Below are positions 1 to 9,746 of a stretch of 28,382 bases of DNA, piece after piece. How positions within the stretch are numbered: the stretch's first letter is position 1; each line of letters begins with the position of its first letter. The DNA is taken from NCBI GenBank assembly GCA_005191425.1, contig SUPR01000042.1, positions 1-28,382 of the forward strand. Direction: 5' to 3'. Source of the DNA: Candidatus Helarchaeota ASGARD archaeon Hel_GB_B (lineage in GTDB: Archaea; Asgardarchaeota; Lokiarchaeia; Helarchaeales; HEL-GB-B). A model generated the notes under the pieces. The model had not been told where the DNA came from. It saw only the letters and a list, made by a program, of their open reading frames with translations, and did not search any database. A program made the position numbers and the translations under genes.

Positions 1-468
1 GTTTGGAGACATGGCGACTATATTGTTTATCATAGTGATACAAAAGGGATTACATTTTATGGTAGGTCAGATTCTGTTTTAAAACCATCAGGAGTCCGAA
101 TTGGAACATCTGAAATTTATAATATTGTTGAAGAATTAAACGAAATATCAGACAGCCTGGTTATTGGCCAAAATTGGAAGGGCGATCAACGTATAATTTT
201 ATTTGTCAAACTTGCACCGAATTACAAATTAACGGAAGATTTAAAGTTAAAAATCAAAAAGACATTGCGAAAAAATGCATCACCCAGACATGTCCCGGCA
301 TTAATTTTTGAGGTACCTGACATACCTTATACTTTTAGTATGAAAAAAGTCGAAAGTGCCATCACCAACTTGGTAAATGGTAGACCAATTTTAAATCGGG
401 GCGCATTGAATAATCCCGAATCGCTTGATTACTTTAAAAAATTATTACCCGAACTCCAAAAAGAATAA
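1..468 (+). CDS. Acetoacetate--CoA ligase (acetoacetyl-CoA synthetase), C-terminal part; gene begins before the window
   Basis: Frame +1 is open from base 1, extending the 265..468 ORF: VWRHGDYIVYHSDTKGITFYGRSDSVLKPSGVRIGTSEIY...SPRHVPALIFEVPDIPYTFSMKKVE...GALNNPESLDYF. WRHGD, GRSDxxLKPSGVRIGTSEIY and SPRHVP...PYTxSxKKVE are typical of this AMP-forming ligase subfamily. Confidence 0.92.
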   Translation, partial: VWRHGDYIVYHSDTKGITFYGRSDSVLKPSGVRIGTSEIYNIVEELNEISDSLVIGQNWKGDQRIILFVKLAPNYKLTEDLKLKIKKTLRKNASPRHVPALIFEVPDIPYTFSMKKVESAITNLVNGRPILNRGALNNPESLDYFKKLLPELQKE

Positions 469-634
469 CATAGAAAATAGAGAAATATAATTAACTCTGG
501 ATAAAAATTCTGGCTCTATCAAAAAATTAAATAAATAAAGAATAAATTTTTTAAAAATTGAAAAATTAAAAATTATAAAAAATGAAATTTGGATATTGTT
601 GAATAATCAAGATTAGGATATCTGGAGAATTTTA

Positions 635-852
635 ATAATAGCTTGAGATGTCTTATTTAAACAAATATTAAACAGAGAACTTAAATATTTTTATATTGAA
701 ACTGATGTTTTGGTCAGAAAATTACCCTTAAAAATAGACCTTATATTATTATCTCCGAAACACTACCTAAAACTAATAAATTAGGCTTATTTGTAAAATA
801 TTTATCTGAAATTAACATAATTGAATTTAAGAGTATTCATGATTTAATATAA
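635..852 (+). pseudogene. Degraded fragment of a PD-(D/E)XK nuclease-like gene
   Basis: Manual translation: IIA*(TGA 644-646, probably a former Trp)DVLFKQILNRELKYFYIETDVLVRKLPLKIDL, a frameshift near 743-745, then IIISETLPKTNKLGLFVKYLSEINIIEFKSIHDLI*(850-852). The E...P..ID...NIIEFKS..D pattern matches a PD-(D/E)XK-like family as I recall it. Confidence 0.5.
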
Positions 853-1022
853 AGGATTGTGGATATTCCCTAATAAATATTCGAAATTCAAATAACGTCA
901 AAAGAAGTTATAATTATATATACATGAACGAATTAAATTATAGAAAAATATAATTTTTCTGAAAAAATTACGCAAACAATAAAGAATTCTTATTAATTTT
1001 TGAAGAGAAAATTTTTTTTATT

Positions 1023-1028
1023 GGTGAT
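1023..1028 (+). promoter_or_regulatory. Shine-Dalgarno site GGTGAT
   Basis: GGTGAT lies 6 nt upstream of the TTG at 1035 and is complementary to the archaeal 16S 3' end. The same motif precedes the starts at 13019 and 18252. Confidence 0.7.
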
Positions 1029-1034
1029 AAAAAT

Positions 1035-2309
1035 TTGACAGAAACTAGAAAAGTTTGTATTATTGGAGGGAATACAACACCATTTGATTATAATAATTAT
1101 CATATGACAATTGAAGGAATGGCAGCTAATGTAATGCTCGAAACTATGGACGATTTACCTGAATTTAATTTAAGAGATATTGATTTTGTAATATATTCTC
1201 ATTTTTCAGTCCATTTTGGAAAACAATTATGCCCTGAATGGATAATACATGACCATTTAGGATTAGTCGGTGTTCCCCATTTTAGGGTTGAAAATGGAGG
1301 AAATACAGGTGGTTCAGCTCTTTATGCTGCTTATAGCATTGTAAAATCAGGCATTGCTGATGTCGTACCAGTAATTGGCTGGGAAACAATGGATAATGTA
1401 TCTCAGAGTCAAGGTGCAGAATTTATTGCTATTGCTGCAGACACTCGATACGAATTATTGGTTGGTGGAATATATCCAATTTTTTATGCTGCTGGCGCTT
1501 TAAAATGGATGAAAGAAAATAAATTCAAGGAAGAAGATTTTGCTCTTATTGGAATGAAAAATCGAAATAATGCAATGGATAATCCAAAAGCTCAATGGTA
1601 TAGAAATGAGCATAAATATTTAACTGTAGATGATGTAATGAATTCTCGATTAATTGCATATCCATTAAAAAAATATGATTGCTGTTTAATGTCAAGAGGA
1701 CTAGCTATAGTCTTAGTTTGTTCAGAAGAATATGCAAAAAAGGTTGCTAAGGATTCCGGATATATTACGATTGATGGAGCTGGACTCTCAAGTTGTACTA
1801 TTAGAGCTGGAGATAGGACTTCATTTCCAGGTTGGAATGAACGATATGGTAAGGGTTATCCAGACCTAACTGAATTCGCTGCTTGTAGAAACGCTGCAGA
1901 ACGGTGCTTCAAACAAGCTGGCATTCCATGGAAGGACTCATATAAATACATTGATGTCGCTGAAATTCATGATGCATTTTCTTCATCTGAAGCTCAAATT
2001 TACAAGGCATTAGGTTGGGCTGATGAAAATAATATTGCAGAATTCGTACGAAATAGAGAAACTTTTATGGGGGGTTCTATTCCGACTAATCCTGGAGGTG
2101 GACTTATGGGATATGGACACCCAGTCGGTGCAACTGGACTTATGAGTACTGTAGAAGTTTTTTATCAGTTAACTGGAAAAATTCCAGAGAAACATTTAAG
2201 CAAAAAAAGTGAAGTACCTGATGCCAGAGTTGGGTTGGTAAATTCACATGCTGGGACAGGTACTAGTATCTCAAATTTTATTTTAAGAACAGCCGAAGGA
2301 GGTAGATAA
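1035..2309 (+). CDS. SCP2/archaeal-type thiolase-fold protein lacking the catalytic cysteines (Ltp-like, possible aldolase)
   Basis: HDAF and GGLMGYGHPVGATG motifs and NAMDNPKAQ...YDCCLMSRG are present. The nucleophile loop reads RVENGGNTGG instead of RVExACASG. The gene abuts a DUF35 gene. Confidence 0.9.
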   Translation: MTETRKVCIIGGNTTPFDYNNYHMTIEGMAANVMLETMDDLPEFNLRDIDFVIYSHFSVHFGKQLCPEWIIHDHLGLVGVPHFRVENGGNTGGSALYAAYSIVKSGIADVVPVIGWETMDNVSQSQGAEFIAIAADTRYELLVGGIYPIFYAAGALKWMKENKFKEEDFALIGMKNRNNAMDNPKAQWYRNEHKYLTVDDVMNSRLIAYPLKKYDCCLMSRGLAIVLVCSEEYAKKVAKDSGYITIDGAGLSSCTIRAGDRTSFPGWNERYGKGYPDLTEFAACRNAAERCFKQAGIPWKDSYKYIDVAEIHDAFSSSEAQIYKALGWADENNIAEFVRNRETFMGGSIPTNPGGGLMGYGHPVGATGLMSTVEVFYQLTGKIPEKHLSKKSEVPDARVGLVNSHAGTGTSISNFILRTAEGGR

Positions 2310-2972
2310 ATGACTAACAAAAAAAACCTTAATTTACATGAAACCACAAGCCCACCAAAAATGAAAATAGTAAAAGAGTTTAGAGATGAAAATACCAAAG
2401 AAGTTGGTTTTAAATTTGTTGATTATTATATTTCAGAAGATAAAACATTATTTCAAGCACATTTACATTATGACCAGTTATATACGGTTAGATCAGCTGA
2501 ATTATCTCCTTATGCATTAGGTCTGCTAGAAGGAAAAATTATGGGCACTAAATGTCCAAAATGTGGTGATGTGTTCTTTCCTCCACGTGTAAATTGTTGG
2601 AATCTAGATTGTAAATTAACGAAGACTGAATGGATTGAACTTCCACAGACAGGAAAAGTACATACATATACCATTGCAGGCTGGAGCGGTAGATCATCCC
2701 TAAAAAGACTCCCATTTGTCCTTGCATATGTAATTCTTGACGGAGTAACTACCGCAGTTGCAAATGAAATTAGAGAAATTAATCCATGGAATGCTGAATT
2801 TAATATGCTTGTTAAGGTGAAATTTGTCCCTAAAGAACAAAGAGTTGGTGCTATAACTGATTTTTATTTTGTACCTGCTGATGATTGGAAACCTTCCCCT
2901 ATGAATCCCGAAAAAGAACGAATTAAAAAATTATGTGAACCCGTCTATAAATGGGTTGCATCTTTAAAATAA
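2310..2972 (+). CDS. DUF35-type Zn-ribbon/OB-fold protein (thiolase partner)
   Basis: GKIMGTKCPKCGDVFFPPRVNCWNLDC zinc ribbon, then GKVHTYT...PFVLAYVILDG OB-fold. ATG directly follows the thiolase TAA, with GGAGGT upstream. Confidence 0.9.
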   Translation: MTNKKNLNLHETTSPPKMKIVKEFRDENTKEVGFKFVDYYISEDKTLFQAHLHYDQLYTVRSAELSPYALGLLEGKIMGTKCPKCGDVFFPPRVNCWNLDCKLTKTEWIELPQTGKVHTYTIAGWSGRSSLKRLPFVLAYVILDGVTTAVANEIREINPWNAEFNMLVKVKFVPKEQRVGAITDFYFVPADDWKPSPMNPEKERIKKLCEPVYKWVASLK

Positions 2973-3103
2973 TTTTATATCTTTTTTTTCTATCATTTAT
3001 TTAAATCCTAATTTTTAAAATTAAATTAGAAAAAATTATTAATTAATCCAAACAATTATCTTTCTCCTTTTTTGAAAATAAAAAATATTTGATTTATTTA
3101 TTT

Positions 3104-4624
3104 TTAAAAAATTAACGGTTTATTAAATAAATCCAATTTTTTAATAGCTAACGAAATTTTCATTTTTTCAATCAAATCATTTTTTTCTTTTTTAATGGTG
3201 CTATTTTCTTTCAAATGATTTATAATTTTTGATTTAAAAATTCTGGCTAATTTAGGATAAGAACTTACTATGTTATTTAATTCGCGAGGATCATTTTCTA
3301 AATCATATAATTCTTCATGATGATTTTGCTCATTAATAATATATTTCCATTTAATAGTACGATATGATATTATTCGTCTTACTTCTCTATCATTTTTGTT
3401 AGTAAATTTGATGAAAAATTTCTTGTGATAAGTTTCAGAAAAAACTCCATCATTAATTGGATCATTTTGAATTTCTTTATCACCATCATATATCAAATCA
3501 GCAAAACTCTTCCCTTCGAAACTTGGATTAGGTGTTATATTTAGTAAATCAAGTATAGTCGGGGCAAAATCGCGCATATTAATAAGTGAATATATTTCTT
3601 TATTTTTCAATCCCTTCTTTTCCTTTAAATAATCACTGCTCAAAATGAGTGGGACTCTTAATAACTCATCATATAACTTTGCATTATGCCCAAATGAACC
3701 TCGTTCATTAAATTCATCACCATGATCTGCTGTAATAAATACCAATGAATTTTCTAGCAAATAATTATATTCCTTTTTTAGTACACCAAAAAATTCCTTT
3801 ATATTATCGTCTACATATCTTATTTCTGAATCATAGAGGTCTATTAATTTATTTACCATATTTTGTTCCCGTAATTTATTAATATAGTGTGGATGTTTTT
3901 GTATATATTTTATTTCTTTTATTGTAAGGTTTTTACATCCGATTAAATTAATAATTTCAGTAGAGGGAAAATATGGGTCATGTGGGTCCATTAAATGTAC
4001 CCATAAAAAAAATGGCTTTTTATCATGGTATTTATTAATATAATAGTCAATCCATTTTATTGCTTTCTGAAATAAATATCTAGCTTTTTTGTAATAATCT
4101 AACTTACCAATAAGCAAATTATAAAATGTAATAAGAAAATAATATTGTAGAGTTTTTGGGATATTTAACCCTTGGAGATAATCAATTATATTGACAGTAA
4201 GAGCTTTTTTATTAAGTACCTTATTTAAAACATAATTTTTAATTATGTTGTTTTCTTTTTTTAGCATTGAATCATAAAAAAGATTAAAACCTCTATCATA
4301 ACCATAAAATCGAGAAAGTAAAGGTGTAGAATGAATTGCCATATTAAAATACCCATTCGCTTGTAAAATTTCTGCTAACGTAATTTTGTTTTCAGGTAAC
4401 GGTGCATAACCACCCCTATGAAAAGGATAAGTGGATGTAAATATTGATGAAAAAGAGGGTGCTGTCCAAGGTCCATTAGTAATAACATTTCGGAAAAAAA
4501 TTCCTTCTTTTGAGAGATTTGATAAAAATGGTGTTGTATTTTTTTTATAATTCATTATATTTAAATGATCAAGTCTCAATGTATCGATTGTTATTAATAT
4601 CAAATTCTTTTTGTTATATTTCAT
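3104..4624 (-). CDS. Sulfatase-like alkaline-phosphatase-superfamily hydrolase/transferase (Thr at nucleophile position)
   Basis: LITIDTLRLDH, WTAPSFSSIFTSTYP, HLMDPHDPY, YDSEIRYVD, TADHGDEF, GH...LYDELLRVPLI, EELYDLENDPRELNN. Confidence 0.88.
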   Translation of the reverse strand: MKYNKKNLILITIDTLRLDHLNIMNYKKNTTPFLSNLSKEGIFFRNVITNGPWTAPSFSSIFTSTYPFHRGGYAPLPENKITLAEILQANGYFNMAIHSTPLLSRFYGYDRGFNLFYDSMLKKENNIIKNYVLNKVLNKKALTVNIIDYLQGLNIPKTLQYYFLITFYNLLIGKLDYYKKARYLFQKAIKWIDYYINKYHDKKPFFLWVHLMDPHDPYFPSTEIINLIGCKNLTIKEIKYIQKHPHYINKLREQNMVNKLIDLYDSEIRYVDDNIKEFFGVLKKEYNYLLENSLVFITADHGDEFNERGSFGHNAKLYDELLRVPLILSSDYLKEKKGLKNKEIYSLINMRDFAPTILDLLNITPNPSFEGKSFADLIYDGDKEIQNDPINDGVFSETYHKKFFIKFTNKNDREVRRIISYRTIKWKYIINEQNHHEELYDLENDPRELNNIVSSYPKLARIFKSKIINHLKENSTIKKEKNDLIEKMKISLAIKKLDLFNKPLIF

Positions 4625-4784
4625 TACTAATCATATTATTATTTTATATTTTAAATTATTTATTTCTAAAAGTTTGGTTAAAAATTAAATATTAAATATT
4701 AAAATAAACAATTAAACTATAATATTAAAAAAATAATAAATTTCTAATTTAATTTACCCTTTAAATTAAAAAGGTCGATTAAAT

Positions 4785-5987
4785 TTGAGAGAGATTGATA
4801 AATTTTGTAGGAATTTTATTGAAGATATATGCAAGAAATTTGGGCCTCGTCCTTCATGTAGTAAAAAATCGCGGCAAACTGCAATTTATATAAAAAATGA
4901 AATGCAAAAATATTGTGACGAAGTTTATGAAGATGAATTTTATGGTTTTCCAGGTTTTATGCAACCTTATATTGGATATCCAGTGCTTACTACAATTTTT
5001 TATATTATTGCAGTTATTGAATATTTATTTTTACCATTCATTTCATTTATTTTTATTATTTTAGCAATTTATGTTTCGGTTTTCAAACTATTTGCTTTAG
5101 AAGAATATGATTTTTTCTATTATTTTTATCCAAAAAGAAAAGGGATTAATATAATAGGAAAAATAATGCCAGAAAATGATAGTAAAAAACTGGTGATTTT
5201 CGGAAGTCACCATGATTCTGCATATATATTTCCATTATTTACAAAATGGAAAAAGAAACTCGTCTATTTTATATATATTATTACTCTTTTTGCAGCTATT
5301 TTTTTAATTTTAACAATTCTGCAATTAATATATAAGAACTTGCTATTTAATCTGCAAATTCTATTAGTCCTTCAATATTTAATTGTTATTCCTATAATTG
5401 GCTTTGGCTTTGTCCTTATATTTGGACTTTATTTTATTTCGCCTAAAAAGTCTCTTGGAGCTAATGATAATTTATCTGCTGTTTCAGTTTGTTTAGCTAT
5501 TGCAAAAAAATTGAAAGAAACCAAAAAATTAAAAGAAACTGAACTTTGGATAATCTCTTTTGATTCGGAAGAAAGCGGAATGCGGGGGTCAAAATTATTT
5601 GTAAAAAAGAACTTTGAAGAATTGACCAAAAGACTAACTGCTTGTATCAATTTTGATATAATTGGAGTCGATGATATAATATTATTACCGACCAAAGAAT
5701 CTATGTATCGCGCAACTCACTCACCAATAGTTTACAACAAATTTAAAGAATCTGCTGATAATCTTGGGATTAAAGTAGAAATTAAAAAACAGAGTTTCGG
5801 TGGGACAGATTCAGCGCCATTTTCAAGAAAAGGACTTAAAGCTGCATCGGTGCTCAGATTAAGTGAAAATGGTTTTCCAACTGTCTGGCATTCTACAAAT
5901 GATATACCTGAAAATATTGATGGAAAAAAATTAGAGGAAATTGTTAATATTTCATTAGAGTTTTTAGCTCTAATAGATAAACAATAA
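4785..5987 (+). CDS. Membrane-embedded M28/M20-family metallopeptidase
   Basis: Zn-ligand motifs GSHHDSA, GANDNLSAV, DSEESGMRGS, INFDIIG, GGTDSAPF and WHSTND, with inserted hydrophobic TM segments. Confidence 0.85.
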   Translation: MREIDKFCRNFIEDICKKFGPRPSCSKKSRQTAIYIKNEMQKYCDEVYEDEFYGFPGFMQPYIGYPVLTTIFYIIAVIEYLFLPFISFIFIILAIYVSVFKLFALEEYDFFYYFYPKRKGINIIGKIMPENDSKKLVIFGSHHDSAYIFPLFTKWKKKLVYFIYIITLFAAIFLILTILQLIYKNLLFNLQILLVLQYLIVIPIIGFGFVLIFGLYFISPKKSLGANDNLSAVSVCLAIAKKLKETKKLKETELWIISFDSEESGMRGSKLFVKKNFEELTKRLTACINFDIIGVDDIILLPTKESMYRATHSPIVYNKFKESADNLGIKVEIKKQSFGGTDSAPFSRKGLKAASVLRLSENGFPTVWHSTNDIPENIDGKKLEEIVNISLEFLALIDKQ

Positions 5988-5995
5988 ATTATTTT

Positions 5996-7366
5996 TTAAA
6001 TATCCTTAATATTTCCCACGAATTTTTGGCAATTTAATGGTAATTTGGTTAAAACCTCGACTTTTTTGCCCCGCTTTATTAATGTATTTTCAATTACAAT
6101 ATAATCAAAATTTGGGATAATTACATCGTCCCATTTATCTCCTATACCTCTTAAAGCTACATCGAGCATCATTACTATATTATTACCAAGAGGTTCTTCA
6201 GAATCAAGAGTGATAGCGCCATAAAATTCCTGACATTCCGTATATCCAGAATTATGAGTCCCAGTATATGGTTTTAAATCTTCTAAATTTATTTTTTTAC
6301 CAATTTTTTCAGAAACTTCCTTAGATTTAGACTTATAGAAATTCACCAATGCTTGCTCTTGATATTTAGCAGGTAAATTCTCTTCTGCAACTTTTATAAA
6401 AGCATTAAGACCCACTTTATATGCATCTTCAATAAAATCAAACCAATATTTTTGTTCTTTAGTAATATTATTAGGAGTATCTGTAGCTATGACCGACCTT
6501 CTAATGCAGCTATTTAATCCGTCTCTTTTGGGTGCTACGCCTAAATGTACATAATCGCCATCTTCAATTGCTCTATTCAGAGCTTCCCCGATTAGTGTCC
6601 TATTGGCTTCATTTGCACCTACCATCACTTTAAACCCGGATTCTTCAGCACCTAATTCTCTCTGAATAAAGTACCCCCAAGCAGCAACCTCCGTTTCTAG
6701 CATTCCCGGTTTTAATACAGCTAACATTCCTCGCATTGTTGCATCTGCTATAATACTTGCTTGCTCTATTAATTTCAATTCTATTTCTGATTTCTCATAT
6801 TTTATCTTGTAATAAATCTCTTGGGCATCTATAATACTTGAGCTCCCAAAATTATCATGTAAATAATCGATTATCCCGGCTGGAATAACTTGTCTTGGAG
6901 TTAATATACCGATCTTCTTTATCTCTCTTATATTTTTACCTGAAGCATCTTCAATTACATCAATTACTGTTTCTGCTTCTATTGGATACTTCTCATCTGC
7001 TAATTGTAATAATTCTACCTTGTGGACTTTAGACCCTGACCTAAAAGCTAATTGTTCAGCTACATATCCACCTTCTAGGCCAGCTATGATATGAAAACCT
7101 TTTTTACCAATTATCCCTGCAACAGGTTCAATAGTGATATTTGTATTACCACCTAAATATGGTACATCTCCATTATAATGTTCATTTGAATAAACAAATC
7201 CAATATCAATATCTTGAGCAGCTAAACTTTTATAGACAGTTTCCTGCCTTCTTCTATATTCATGTAAGGGAACTTCTAAATATGGGTTAATTAATGGCTG
7301 ATATTTTTCAATAACTTTCAGTACCATTTCAAATTCAGATTTTAACCTGTCCTTTTTAGTTAACAT
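5996..7366 (-). CDS. M24/creatinase (pita-bread fold) family protein with a non-canonical metal site
   Basis: Creatinase-like N-domain (EYRRRQETV...GDVPYLGG), then KSEIELKLIEQASIIAD...KPGMLETEVAA...GDYVHL...THNSGYTECQE...YIVIENTL. Confidence 0.8.
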   Translation of the reverse strand: MLTKKDRLKSEFEMVLKVIEKYQPLINPYLEVPLHEYRRRQETVYKSLAAQDIDIGFVYSNEHYNGDVPYLGGNTNITIEPVAGIIGKKGFHIIAGLEGGYVAEQLAFRSGSKVHKVELLQLADEKYPIEAETVIDVIEDASGKNIREIKKIGILTPRQVIPAGIIDYLHDNFGSSSIIDAQEIYYKIKYEKSEIELKLIEQASIIADATMRGMLAVLKPGMLETEVAAWGYFIQRELGAEESGFKVMVGANEANRTLIGEALNRAIEDGDYVHLGVAPKRDGLNSCIRRSVIATDTPNNITKEQKYWFDFIEDAYKVGLNAFIKVAEENLPAKYQEQALVNFYKSKSKEVSEKIGKKINLEDLKPYTGTHNSGYTECQEFYGAITLDSEEPLGNNIVMMLDVALRGIGDKWDDVIIPNFDYIVIENTLIKRGKKVEVLTKLPLNCQKFVGNIKDI

Positions 7367-7384
7367 TAATTTTACCCAATTAAC

Positions 7385-8458
7385 TCAGATTTTTAAAATT
7401 GAATCATATTGTTTAATATATCCTTCCCAATTTTTCTCTAGTAATGTAACTAATTTTTTATTTTTCTCCTTATAATTCTCTACAACATCTTTTGTATCCC
7501 CAGAAATATTCTCTATAATTGCTTCTGCTGCATTTTTTCCACTTATCAATGCTGATGGTATGCCTTCACCCATTATATTAAATAAATCTGCTGCCTCTCC
7601 CGTTAATAACACATTATTTTTTCCATGTAAATGTTTAAAAGTTGGGTCCTGTTTGAAAATATTTGTTGATACACAACCTTCCTTCCTTATCATTTTATCA
7701 AGTCTAAGGTTAAATCCTTCTTTTAAAAATTCGATGAATTTCGCTTGATATTTCTTAATATTTTTTCCTTTAATTGCACCTACACCTATTAATATTTGGT
7801 CTTCCTTTAAATTACAAAATGCATAACCTGCTGATAATTCTCGGTCCATAAAAGCATAAAAATATCTTGGGTCTAAATCAATTTTCCCGGTCCAATACTC
7901 TTGATATGCTATACCAGTTTCCCTTTTAAAATCAGGATAAATTATTTTTCTTGTCTTTCCTTTGGAACCATCTGCGCCAATGACATATTTTGTAGCATAT
8001 TCTTTTATTCTTTTTTCTCCAGAAATAGGATCAATATACCTTACTTTTACCTTGATGTATTCTTCAAAATTAATGTCTATCATCTCGGTCTCATCTTCGA
8101 CTACTGCCCCTGCTTTATTCGCTTCTATTGTTAACCAATAATCAAAGTCCCGCCTCCACACATTATAATATTTGTCTGGGATATCTATAAAATTGTTTCC
8201 AATTTTAAATTGTACCTTTATTCCCTTACCAACTTTTGGTCTTGTACATATCGCTTCTGGAAACTTTAACCCTAACTTTTTCAATATCTTTTGAGACCCT
8301 CTAGAAATCAGCCCAGAGCAAATTTTGTGGCGAGGTAATTTTTCTTTCTCTATAATCAATACATTTATACCTTTTCTCGCTAAAACTAACCCCGCTGCGC
8401 AACCCGCAGGCCCAGAACCTATTATTATTACATCCCAAATGTCTGCCAAATTAATCAC
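7385..8458 (-). CDS. Geranylgeranyl-reductase-family FAD-dependent oxidoreductase
   Basis: DVIIIGSGPAGCAAG, EKEKLPRHKICSGL, RRDFDYWL, VIGADGSKG, LLTGEAADLFNIMGEGIPSALISGKNAA. Confidence 0.88.
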   Translation of the reverse strand: MINLADIWDVIIIGSGPAGCAAGLVLARKGINVLIIEKEKLPRHKICSGLISRGSQKILKKLGLKFPEAICTRPKVGKGIKVQFKIGNNFIDIPDKYYNVWRRDFDYWLTIEANKAGAVVEDETEMIDINFEEYIKVKVRYIDPISGEKRIKEYATKYVIGADGSKGKTRKIIYPDFKRETGIAYQEYWTGKIDLDPRYFYAFMDRELSAGYAFCNLKEDQILIGVGAIKGKNIKKYQAKFIEFLKEGFNLRLDKMIRKEGCVSTNIFKQDPTFKHLHGKNNVLLTGEAADLFNIMGEGIPSALISGKNAAEAIIENISGDTKDVVENYKEKNKKLVTLLEKNWEGYIKQYDSILKI

Positions 8459-9079
8459 TAATTTTATTTACTATTTTATAATTTTTAATTCAAATCTTTT
8501 AAATTCTTTTTAGAAAATGCATCTGTTTCTTTTATTTTAAAAAATATTTATCAAAAGTTCTTTTTAAATCTATTTTTGATTTTCTATCTATTATCACTAT
8601 CTTACTAATATTGAAAACAATAAATAGATGTGAATATCTCCTTTTATATTTAAATTACGGAAAAATCGTAATTTTATTAAAAAATTAGCTATTTATTACT
8701 AATAAAATCATATCCTTCATTTTTCAAATTTTCCAAATTTCAAATAAAAAACTTGAACGCTATTTTCATGAATAAAAAGTTGTATTCAATTCCAAATAAA
8801 CAGCATTTTAACTAATTTAATTGTCAAAATAAATCATTATTATATATTTTTATAATTATTTAGGATAAAATTTTAAAAAATAAAGGATAAAATTTATAAT
8901 TTCATGGATTGAAGTAATAATAAAGAAAAATTTTATAACAATAAATATTATATTGATCCTAAATAACCAATAATTAAAATATAATAATTAAAATGTTAAA
9001 ATAGAAATTAATACGATGTTTTCCAAGAAAATATAAAATATAATTTTAGGGTTATTTATTAATTATTTTCAAAATATAA

Positions 9080-9592
9080 TTGAAGGTATTGGCATTGGCG
9101 TACGATATACATTCAAGTCCTTGGAAAAAAGTAAATGAAGCATTAGGAGCGGGAAAAATGCTTATTTTAGTAGGAGTTCCTATTTATTTGATTATGATTT
9201 TTATTAATAGTTTTTTTTTCCCCACTTGGAAATTTCCTATTGTCTCGACTTTATTTAATTTTATATTAGGTCTTGTTATACTTATTACCGGGTTCATTCT
9301 TTTTGCGCGAGTAATTCCATGGATAATTCGCATAAATAAAACTGGAGAATTATATACCAATGGGCCATTTCGATATGTTAGGCACCCATTATACTCGGTT
9401 ATACTCTGTATTATTATTCCAGGAATTACTATCTTACTGGAATTGATTTTGACTTTGATTTTTCTTCCTACTATGTTAATCCTTTTTCATTTTATAATTA
9501 AGAACGAAGAAAAACTTCTTTTGGAAAAATTTGGCGATGAATATAAAGATTATATGAAAAAAACAAAACGAATTATTCCTTGGATATATTAA
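9080..9592 (+). CDS. Isoprenylcysteine carboxyl methyltransferase / PEMT-family membrane methyltransferase (true start uncertain)
   Basis: Several TM helices, LYTNGPFRYVRHPLYS, and EEKLLLEKFGDEYKDYMKKTKRIIPW. Confidence 0.85.
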   Translation: MKVLALAYDIHSSPWKKVNEALGAGKMLILVGVPIYLIMIFINSFFFPTWKFPIVSTLFNFILGLVILITGFILFARVIPWIIRINKTGELYTNGPFRYVRHPLYSVILCIIIPGITILLELILTLIFLPTMLILFHFIIKNEEKLLLEKFGDEYKDYMKKTKRIIPWIY

Positions 9593-9746
9593 ATAAAACC
9601 AAATCTTTTTTTTAATTTTAAATTATAAATACTATTTCTAAATAATCTAAAGTCAATTAAAAATAAGTTAAAACAATTTATAAGAAGTATGGATTAAATT
9701 TAAACTTAAAAATAAAAAAATACTACATTGAGAAAAAAAAGGAAAG

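Noticed and set aside
7364-7387. GGR and M24 genes are in the same frame, separated only by one TGA and six codons (possible Sec or readthrough fusion)
   Set aside because: The context (LKI-stop-V) is not redox-like, I saw no SECIS-like hairpin nearby, and each protein looks complete. A one-in-three chance frame match explains it.
8459-9079. 620-bp AT-rich divergent spacer with AGGATAAAATTT repeated at 8862 and 8884
   Set aside because: I found no convincing ORF or RNA structure. The 12-mer repeat may be a regulator site but is weak evidence at this AT content.
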